Origin: Eledone cirrhosa
Lineage: Eukaryota
Direction: 5' to 3'
DNA length: 64,000 bases
Assembly (NCBI GenBank): GCA_964016885.1
Contig: OZ024740.1
Location: forward strand, 100,564,001 to 100,628,000
Positions 53,665 to 64,000 of the stretch are shown one piece after another. How positions within the stretch are numbered: the first letter of the stretch is position 1; the number at the start of each line of letters is the position of its first letter. The notes beneath the pieces are model-generated. The model searched no databases. It saw only the letters and a program-made list of their open reading frames with translations, and was not told the DNA's origin. Position numbers and translations under genes: made by a program.

Positions 53665-53860
53665 AATATCCCAGTACTTGACTGGGACTATATTTTACTA
53701 ATATTTTACTATATTTACTAATATTTTACTATATTTTACTAACCCAAGAAGGATGAAATTAAAAGTGACATGAGGGTGGAGATTTGAACTCAGAATGTAA
53801 AGACGCAGAACAAATTTCATAAAGTATTTTGTCTGACTCTCTAACAAACTTGCCAGAATT
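53665..53860 (-). mobile_element. Old S1-related SINE with an internal 10-bp tandem expansion
   Basis: GATTTGAACTCAGAATGTAAAG and AAGGATGAAA blocks; repeated ATATTTTACT. Confidence 0.55.
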
Positions 53861-54454
53861 TGAATTCAGAACAATATTGAAAATCACCATCAATAAATAT
53901 TTTTTGTTATTTATAATTCTACAATTTAACCTTTATGATATCAAGGTACCAGAAGTCATACTTGGTTCTATTATATACAACTGTTTGTTTTAAGATGTTT
54001 ATATCTATCTAACATACTTCCATCATAATTTTTCATAAGAACCTTTGCTAAGTTGTTTTCCAAACAGTTTAATAATGAGAAAGCTGTATTAATAAATCAT
54101 TCTGAATTCTTGATTATTCTCAAAATTAATTGAATATCATTTATCAGAAATGCAGTAATGAAAGGTTTAACATACAATTTTATCTTCTTAAACACTGTAT
54201 ATATTGGTTAAGCACATTAATAATGGGTATGTAGATGATCTTGTCTTCTGACACAATATAATAGACATAAAAATATAATGTTCAAAGCAAGTCCGAAACC
54301 ATATGGTGTATGAGTCTGTCTTTTTAATCTTTTCAAAAAGTGTTGTAGGATATAAGAATAATTCATCAGATATGTGGCAAAAAGTTTTAAAATCTATTGG
54401 AACTTGAATGAACAAAGTAAACCTTCAGGATTTGAAGACATCACAGGCTGTTCA

Positions 54455-54845
54455 CAAGGGGAAGGGCGTGGGGTGATAGAAGGAGAGATAAGAACAGATA
54501 GAAAGTGAAAAAGAGTAGAAAATAGACAGTGAGAAAAGAACAAACGGAAAAAGAAAAGATCGCAAAACAGAAGATGAAGAATGGAAAAAAGAAAGAGAGG
54601 AACAGACAAGTAGAACACTTAAGTGCAATAGAGAATGGAGAAAGAAAGAAGAATATAAAGTACAGGAAAAAGAAAGAAAATCAGAGAGAGTAAAGAAAGG
54701 AAAATAAAAAGAGAGAAAGACAGACAGATAAATAAAAAGAAAAGACAAAAACCGAAAAGAGAGGGAGAGAGACTGACAGTAAGAAAAAGAGAGAAACAGT
54801 GGGAGGACAAATGTAAGAAAGAGGGAGTAAAGCAAGGAAAAATCC
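54455..54845. repeat. Purine-rich (GA/AAAG) low-complexity tract
   Basis: Direct inspection. Confidence 0.85.
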
Positions 54846-57269
54846 ATAGCCAGCAAGGTTATGGTTTAAGGAAACTGAGGTCAAAGTATCTAGAATCAAA
54901 CATGCAATCTAAACTAGTACTGTAGAATTAAATTAGAATAAAAAGGAAGTCAGTAATGGAGCAACTATGAGATTATCTAATCTGCTAGAAATAGTAGCCA
55001 TCTGGGCTACTTTCTCTGAATAATAAGTGAAATGATCATGGCTGGAATGCTTTTGCTCAATGGTCTGCTCCATCAAACTCTATATATATGTAAATAAATA
55101 CAGTTCAACCTATAAAGTAGATTATTGCCATGAAAAAACATACTCAATCCACTTTGTAAAATGTTATGTACAAACACACCTGGTATACTTAATAAGGTAG
55201 TTGATGTTATGAAGGGCATCCAACTATAGAAAATATGCTAAATATAAAATGTATGAGCAACATGTGGTCACCTGACTAATCTAGCCTCAGAACACAACAA
55301 CCCAGCTGATATAAAACAATGATGACATATGTAAACAAGTGTCTTTTCTGTGTATTTCAAGTTCAACAATCTGTCTTGAGTTTCAGACCATGTTAGAATC
55401 AACATCAGTACAGAGATATATATGCAACTAATGTTTCAATACATATTCATAATCTAAGTGAATTGCAAATTTCAATTTACATAATGTTAATGGTTATGTT
55501 GATAAGTAATTCAATTAGATATTATTGAACCTCCCATATAAAGTGTTGAGTAAACAGACCAAGATAACAAAGTAAAGAAGACTGTCTTTCGTGACAAGTA
55601 CCAGACACCCTCTCAAGTGTTGGTGCCATAACAAAATGTATTCAGTGCAATCTGTAAAGTAATTAATGATCGAGTGGGGTCAACATATAGTAGAATGGGC
55701 CCTTTAGTCTTGCCGCGCATGTGACAACCTTTCTAGTACTATGATGCTGACATTAATCTCTGTAAAATATTTCTACTGGTGTCACAAAATACACTCAGTA
55801 CACTCTGTAAAGTGATAGTGCTCATACCATGATAAAATGCAGCCAGTAAGCTGGTTGAGATTAGAACAGACATCCAACCATATAAATCAGGGCAAATATG
55901 GAATGTATGAGCAAGTTAAGGTCTTTTTGACTCATTTGGTAACACACTGTGACAACTCATTCAATGTATGCCAACATAGAAAACAAATTTAGAATGAAAT
56001 TGATGATCTACATAATGTATTTATACATACACACATGCATCATTCCAGGCTTTGGTGATCTTCAGAATATTTTGAATAGACGTTCTAATTGACAGTAATT
56101 CTAAGATGGAGTTTGGGAATAAATATATCACCATACATTTTCGAAATTACAGGGTGTACCATCGAAACGAAGGGATGAAGCATTGTCATCCAGTGGGCAG
56201 CTTGGCAATAGACCCATACCATTCACTCACATATATACAATCATTTTATAGTTTTGATAGGGAAGAAAAGGCTTCCAAGACTGTTGGAAGACAGGATGGT
56301 ATCCTTAACACAAAGAACTGGCCAAATAATGTACACAATATAGTAAACTCTGCTGAAGGCACCCTACAGGTAAAGGTGTTTAACTGGGGACAAAGTAAAT
56401 CTCTTTTAAAAAGGACAACACAAAATGAAGTAGACAAAATGATAAAGGAGAATAGAAAATATAATTAGTTTAAACATTACATCATTAGAACGAATAATGT
56501 GTAACCTTTCATTTGAGATCTTTACCATCAGATCTATCCCTATAGCATTGATAGTAGATAATTTATATTCTCTTTTGAAAGAATCAATTTTATTGTCACT
56601 TACAATATAGAAATAATGAAAGTGAACTGATCTTACTGAGTTAAAATTATTTTTAGGAAAACCATTACAGGGCAAGTTAGAAAGAAAGGGGTAAAGTAAA
56701 ATAAAACAACATTTGACACTTTTATCTTATATTTCATATTTAAAAGTTAAAATCTTTTTTTTTACTGTAATGGTGGTGTCGAGCTTAACTCCTTTGCACA
56801 GATCTATCTTATTGACTTGAGAAAAATGGAAAGTAATAGTAACATGAAGAAACTTTGAACACAGAAATAAAAAGAATATAATTAGAAGCCAAAAGTCATC
56901 ACGTTTGTACCTTTACAAGTATGTCATATTTACTGATTGGTTGAAAGAAATGATAAGATATGTTCACAGATCATAATACCAAACTTGTAAAAGGATTTGT
57001 ATTCTTACTACAAATGTGAAAACACACATATACCACCCCTTCCACTCTCTTTCTCGAAGAAGGAGAAGAAGAGCAAGAAGAACAAGAACAAGAAGAACGA
57101 CAACAACACAAAATGTTAGATTATTTCACTTCTCAGTGAAAATCAAGTTAACAAACTCTTCTACAAACATGCCTTTTAGAAGGAGAGCTTATAACGACTT
57201 GGTTGAAACCACCAATATATTATTTATTACTGTGAATAATATTACCTGAAAGCACAGATATCTGATTGG

Positions 57270-58100
57270 ACAGGATAATGGAGAAATAAGATATGTTCTG
57301 CATTTCATATTCAGCCATCTAACTGCAATGTAGCCATGACTAAGAAACATACTTAAATTGCTATAGCTGAGTTCTTTTAGATTCAAATAGTTACACATAG
57401 AGGGGATTAATCTATTGAGTGCAAATTGGAGATCAACTTCTGTCGAGTTAAGCAAAACCATGTCATCTGCAAATTCCTGCCGACTGCTTTTACACCCGCC
57501 TATTGAAGCTTAGGCTGAAAGAGAGGTCTCTGTGGGTGGTGCAAGTTTATGCATCAAACAAGGAATTTGAATACAGGTCCTTTCTTGATCCATTGGAGCA
57601 TTAGATGTAATTAAGACTGAGTTATATATCCTGATCGGAGACTACAATGCACATGTTGGCACTACCCACCTGACATAGAAAGGAGTGATTGGAAGGAATG
57701 GCAACCCCTGATCTAAATAAACATTCTGAGACCTTACCAGACATCTGTTCTAGCAATGGACTCTATTATGAACAGCTTCTTCCAGCAAAGAGGCATCCAT
57801 AAATATGCATGGTATAACGGGAATCAAGGACAGAGATCAATAATTGATTTTGTTATTATCTCTCATCTCTTCGATTCTGTGTTGGATGTTTATTTAAGGA
57901 AGAACTGAGCTGTGAACTGACCAACATATAGTTACCTGCAACTTTACACTACCTAAAGCCAAAGAAGCCCACAAAACTGGCAGATCAAGGGTGACCAACA
58001 GGATAAGGAGAGAAGCATAGGTGGATAAAAAAAAGTCAAGATCAGGTATGCAGATACTATTGCTTCCAAATTCAGAGAACTCTGAGCAAACTGAGGATGT
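57270..58100. mobile_element. Decayed LINE pieces: RT (minus, to about 57475) next to APE (plus)
   Basis: FADDMVLL on minus; QVYASN, LIGDYNAHVG and SIIDFVII on plus. Confidence 0.7.
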
Positions 58101-61100
58101 TGAGATGATGAAAGTGTTTTAGATAAATATAAACTCTTTAAAATGAATATCTTTATATCATTGCACCAGGGTCAGTTTCAGGAAGTTTGTTATAAAAAAA
58201 GATCCACAGAAAGACAATTAAGATCAACAACATTCTAGTTTGATTCTCTACCATTTTTTATGGCTTCTGACAGAAAAGAATGTAATTTTTTCGAATCAGA
58301 GTTATCTCTTAAGTCAGCTAAAGCAGTTTAATTTCGAGCAATACATACGAGAGAAACAATGTTTAATTGATAGGAACTCTAAAGACCAATAATATTTAAT
58401 AGCAGGTTATTAAGCTTATGACCATAATTATATAAAATATATTTAATAATCTGCTTCCTATTTTATATGCTATCAATGAACAATAGGAAACAGTAAACGA
58501 AAAGTTGTGGGGTTTTAGCTTTTCTTTGTGACCTTAGTGAATTAATTGAAGCAAATTAAGTTAAACTGATTTTTGACTCAACTCTACTTTCTGAGAGAAT
58601 ACTAACCATAGGATTACATATATAAATATAAAATGTTGACATTGTGAAGGAGAGCAATTGAGATTATACAATGTTGATGCCTTTCTCAAGAGAATTAACA
58701 ATATATATGTTGTCAAATATCTATACAAAGAGTAATGAAAATAAGAAAGTGGAGAATTAATATAAAAGTGGCAAAAGAATTTATATAGTCAAGAAATAGC
58801 AGCTGTTAAATTATTAGGATGAGCAGACCCTGGAGCAGCAGCAGGAACAACAGCACATTTTTCTGATTACTCCAACTCCATGCCAGGAAAATAAAAAGAG
58901 AGAGTAAATATAAAGCTGTTCATTTTATTGTTTAACTCTATATCAGCCCTGATTGAATAGGCCTATAATAGATTATCATCAAGCCATGACCTTGTTCAGC
59001 TTCTTTAACTCCAGATCAGCTCTGATTAGGCAAACCAAAGTTGCTAGGATTTTCTTCAAGCACTGTTGGTGAAAAGCATCCAATGCTTGTAGATTTTCAG
59101 CTTTCATCTAGTTGCATATTGTGGTGTCATTGGTAGTACAATGATATTCTTCTTGTGGAGCAAGATGTTGGAGTCCAGTATATTCAGAGACTAGATTGTG
59201 GATATTCGCTGAATCACTTCTGTTGTCTTATTTCAGTTTCTCTTCCCTTCACTCTTTCCTCTTGCTCATATGTCAATCATGTGCAATCAGTTGACTGCTG
59301 CTTTCCATGTTTTGCTGCTGCATTGAGGTGACACTGGAGTGATCTTTCCATCGTGCAGGCTTGGGCAAGGTTTTATGTGAAATTGGTAGTTGCACATGGA
59401 GAACATCACACCTCTCCATGCCACCGATGTTACCTAAGGGAAAAGCAGAGGCCAATACAACTTGACACCAGTGGGGCGACAGAAGTTGCCAGAACAAGGT
59501 TGGATGTAACATTGAACTGCCTTAGAGATTCCGGCTCCAGATATATACTCAATGCTTACTCCCAAAGCTTTTTCCGTAAGTTGGTATAGCTGCAATGTAG
59601 TATTTGCCTTCTCTTAGATGCACTACCCTCCTAGGCTAACAAGTTCCATCTAACTGGAGCTCTGATTTGAAGGTGCCAAAACCTGCCTATGCCCCTTCTC
59701 CTGGCAGTAGGGACAGTTCTATATATTCAATATCTTCAGTGATCTCTGGTTAAGCAGACCTAACCACACACATGTTTTAATATGAGATCAACTCAAAATC
59801 TTGCAATATATTTTTAAACATTAATTGAAGAAGGAAGGGCTGTGTGCATGACATCTTTCAGGGCCTCCAAAACTGATTGGAAGGAGGAAGGAAAGTTTAC
59901 TCAAGTCAGTGATCTGCCACAATTGCTTGCAAGAAAGTGAACTTTGTTAACAGCAACCTAGATATGTATGGATGAGGAACTGTTTGTGTGTGTGGATCAA
60001 GAAATATACCTATGCTAAAAAACAGGACACACTTACATATATATGTATATATATATATACATAGAGAGAGAGAGGTACAGAGAAAAATCAATAAATATAC
60101 ATGTAGGTAAGTAGGTAGGCAGGTAGGTAGATAGATGTATGTGTGTGTGTGCATATCCATAGAGTTTTCTTTCCTGATTCTCTTTCTTTCTTTCTCTCGA
60201 TTATTTTGTTTTTGATAGGTGATGGGAGAGCTACATATTTGTAAATTTTATTAAGCAATTTTTGTGTCTATCTTATATTCACATAATCAGTTTTAGTTTT
60301 CTTACATTAAAAGTTAACTCTGTTTATCATTAGTTTCTCTTTCAGTGAATTTACTTTCTTCCATTTAATTCCCCTTCATAGATTTATATTCTTTCCGGAC
60401 ATTTCTTTCTTCTATTTTCCTCCATATAAAAAGCAAATATATAAAATACCATTAACACCTTCATCACCAACACCAAGAACAACAACAGAAGCAGAAACAA
60501 CATAAACAACAACAATAACTGAAACAAAAACAATAACAACAATCTTAGTGTTTATTTTATTCTTGCATATCATTTAGTTTGGAAATTTTCAAGCCTAGCT
60601 GCACATTCGTTTTGTCCATTCCATTAAGTTTTTCTCAGACATTTTCGTTCTGCATATTTTTCACTTTCTTCTTCAATGCTGAGCATATATTTTCTCTAAG
60701 CCATAAAATTATATAAAAGCATTTATTTTTAACTCTACTGAAGTAAATACATATTTTTCAACCAATAATACATTTTAACGAATTGATTTTGTTTTCTTTT
60801 AATATAGCCTTCGCTCCCCATTAATGAAGTAAGGAATGAATGTACTTTTCATGCATTAGTCCACAAAAGCAGGAGGCAGACATGTCTTGCTTGTGATTAT
60901 TAACAATAAGATACACATCAACAGAAAGGTTTTATGCAGTTAAAATACTCCAATTTTACATCTGATGAAACTGATTAATTAGTTGGTATTGTTAAGTGTT
61001 TATATGATCTATAATGAGTAATGGAAGCCAATAGATATTTTCTGAATAGATTATTTTGTTTTTTACTTTATTTTGTTATTATTATTATTTTAGAGAAAAA

Positions 61101-61439
61101 TCAACATCTATGCTTCTAGTAACAATCCTTCTTGTCATGTCATTAGATACTAACAATTATATTTGGTTAAAGTCATCATTACTTGATGCTGTGAGACATG
61201 GGGGATGATTTCTCCTGATACTTTTTAGTTATAATGGGTTACTTTACAGAGAAAACTTTTATTTAGATTGATACTATGTTTGTTTATTGTTGTCTGTTGA
61301 ATTTGATGACCAACTTCTTCAGTTTTAGATTGATGACAGCACAGTCCAATTCTTAATATACAACTAAAGTGACAGATGGGATGAGTTTGGTTGGCTAGGC
61401 TTGACCTCTATCAATTCTGATGACAAATGTAACAGCCAG

Positions 61440-61660
61440 TTTAACAACAGCACAGCCTGCTCTTGAATTCCAGAGATACATGTAACCTTAATGTAGTTCT
61501 CAGGGTGATACAGTTTGCTACAGTGTGAGACAAGTCTGACCCTTTGAACTACAAGTACAAAATATATTTGCCAGTTGAATGGACTGGAGCAATGTGAAAT
61601 AAAATGTCTTGCTCAAGACCACATGATCATGAGTGGAATGTCCTAACTACTAAGCCATAC
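61440..61660 (-). mobile_element. Old CORE-type SINE
   Basis: GGACTGGAGCAATGTGAAATAAAATGTCTTGCTCAAG as in S2. Confidence 0.65.
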
Positions 61661-62641
61661 ACCTACACTTGGTTAGATAGGTGAGGTATTGATCTAAATG
61701 CTTGCCTCTTTCTAATTTTGGGGAGACTGAATAAAGTGGATTAAGCATAGAACTCCTGGCCCTCAAGACACTGGTATAGCTTTGCAGCTATAATGAATTA
61801 TGCACAAACACCCATATACAGACACCCCACACACATGTGTGCACATATAAACACATACACACACCCACATAGTTGTGTATGTATCTAGTATTTATTGAGC
61901 CATTAATGAATAGTGTTCCTAAAACTGACAGCTTTATGCATTAATGGATTTATAGCTGAATATTGCATATTCACATTACAACTGAAACTTTCACCATTTC
62001 ATGGTACATCAGGTTTTATGTGGGAAGCTCTAATTCCACGTTTATATTAAGACAGTATAATTCATTATTAAAACTTACTGTTATATATTCTGTAGTTATG
62101 TTTCAAATTTGTAAATGCTTATTACTACGTGTAGAAATAAGATGTGATATTCGGTTGTTAAATCTATGTGTATAGGTATTTAAATGGTCTTATGACAATT
62201 AGTGTGAAACTTTATTACATATATCAATGTTAAGAAGAGCCAATAAATTTGAGAAAAATCTCTCATGAAGCTATTTAACAAATTGAACCTAAAAATTGCT
62301 GTAAATAGGAAACTTGAAATAAATCTCATTGTGTTCTTTAAAATCAACTTTATATGCATTTATGTATGTATGTTTTATGTATGTTTTATTCATTATATTT
62401 AGGCGCAGTGATCAAGTTAAAACTGTCATAATGGTTTGATGGTTCAAACCATCAGAACAATTTATTTTAGAACACAGGGTCTACAAGTGATGAATAATAT
62501 CTACACTTTACTTTCATTAAAGTATGCAGTACCAATTCCAATAATGTAAATTAACAAGTAACATTTTATATATATATACACACACAAATGCACACACATA
62601 CATATGTACAGATATATGTACATATATATAAATATATATAT

Positions 62642-63862
62642 ATCATCATCATCATCATGTTATGTCTGCTTTTCCCTGGTTGCAAGGGCAGGATAGGTTC
62701 TATTCAGCACAGCATCTCTCCACTTGTCACGGTCCTTCGTCAACTCCTTGAGTTTCAGCGATCTGAGGTTTGCTCTCACCACCTCCGCCCATGTTTTTCG
62801 TGGTCTACCTCTACTGCATCTTCCTTCTACTGGGATTTCTTGGCACTTCTTTACCCAGCAGTCATCCTCCGTGCGCATCACATGTCCATACCATCTCAGT
62901 CTTCTCTCCTGCACACCACAACTTATCCCTCTTATACCCAGTTTCTCTCTCAACTCATCTATGCTTGGTCGTTCACGCACATTTACATTGCACATCCAAT
63001 GGAGCATGCTTGCTTCATTTCTCTCCAGCCATCGCATATCATCTGCAGTTGCTGCCCATGTCTCACTACCATGCAGCATCGCGCATCTCACACAGGCATC
63101 ATATAACCGGCCTTTCGTATGTAGAGAGAAACCATTTTTGTCAACTTTGTCAACTTTGTCAACCGGCCCTTATTCTAGATACTATGGCCTCGGAACACCC
63201 CCCTCCCATGCTAATCTGATCACCTATGTACCAGAGACTATCAACCACTTCTATAGATTCCACCTGTATTGGAAAAATGTGTCTATCATTGCGATTACTA
63301 CTGTCAACTTTCCTTGTACATCGACTGGATATGTAGTTTTCCCTACCTGTTAGTTTGCCTGCTATCCCACTACATCTCTTGTGTACCCAAGATCTGCATT
63401 GTGTACATTTTATAGAATTTATGGCAGTTCCTTTTCTACATATCAAACATGGCCATTTCCCTGATGGAATCAGAGTTTTGTCCTCTTTTCTACTTATTAA
63501 CACTTTTGTCTTAGCTATGTTCACTCTCAGTCCTCTTGATTCCAATTGCTGTTTTGCTGTTTCCATAGTCAGAATTTCTTCTCTAACTCCTCTACTGAGT
63601 CTGCTATAAGAACCAGATCATCAGCATAGAGAAGTTCCCATGGGCAGCCAGTCTTAAACTCCTCTGTTATGGCTTGGAGGACTATAATGAACAAGAGCGA
63701 GCTGAGGACCGAACCCTGATGTACTCCTATTTGTATCTGGAATTCCTCACTAAACTCCATTCCAACTCTCACTTTATTGACACTGCCATAAATAGCTTGA
63801 TTGATAATGCGTGCAACCAGTTTAGTGCCTACTTCTGATGCCTTCAGCATCTCAGCAACTAT
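62642..63862 (-). mobile_element. RTE subfamily B with internal deletions
   Basis: ORFs 63569-63850 (YADD), 63159-63566 (PHD) and 62660-63091; (GAT)n tail. Confidence 0.94.
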
Positions 63863-63884
63863 ATATATATATATATATACTTAT

Positions 63885-64000
63885 AGTAATAATAATAAAT
63901 TTGAAAACTAAAATCCAAAGAGGGCTCGATAAGGATAAATATATATCAAATATATAAGAACCCTAGAGCAAACATTTATTAAAATAACATTAAAATTTAA
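63885..64000 (-). mobile_element. End of a second copy of the 4653-6020 PLE family
   Basis: Reverse complement of about 5905-6020. Confidence 0.8.

Noticed and set aside
56106-56468. 120-aa ORF with AG/GT signals as a host exon
   Set aside because: No recognisable product; motif spacing fits a heavily decayed LINE RT at least as well
60960-61000. CTGATGA plus hairpin as a hammerhead
   Set aside because: GAAA and stem III are missing

Overview
AT-rich eukaryotic DNA made almost entirely of transposon remnants and microsatellites. The SINE types and very long (TA)n tracts suggest a cephalopod, probably Octopus (inference). No host gene is securely identified; there are only two weak minus-strand micro-exon candidates. 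Contents: about 15 RTE-clade LINE copies in three subfamilies (called A, B and C here), whose RT carries an embedded C4HC3 PHD-type zinc finger; two tRNA-derived SINE families; three non-autonomous Gypsy-type LTR elements primed by tRNA-Trp; several Penelope-like element (PLE) remnants with hammerhead-ribozyme (HHR) motifs, often in inverted duplications; two decayed hAT transposases; a small Helitron family; and an R4-like fragment. Most notable: (1) a primer-binding site (PBS) extended to about 32 nt of tRNA-Trp complement, mismatched exactly opposite m1A58; (2) the PHD finger inside the RT; (3) many HHR cores, including a back-to-back pair; (4) a frameshift shared by two dispersed LINE copies; (5) UTR-module sharing between LINEs and a SINE. 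All alignments were made by eye, so coordinates of decayed elements are approximate.
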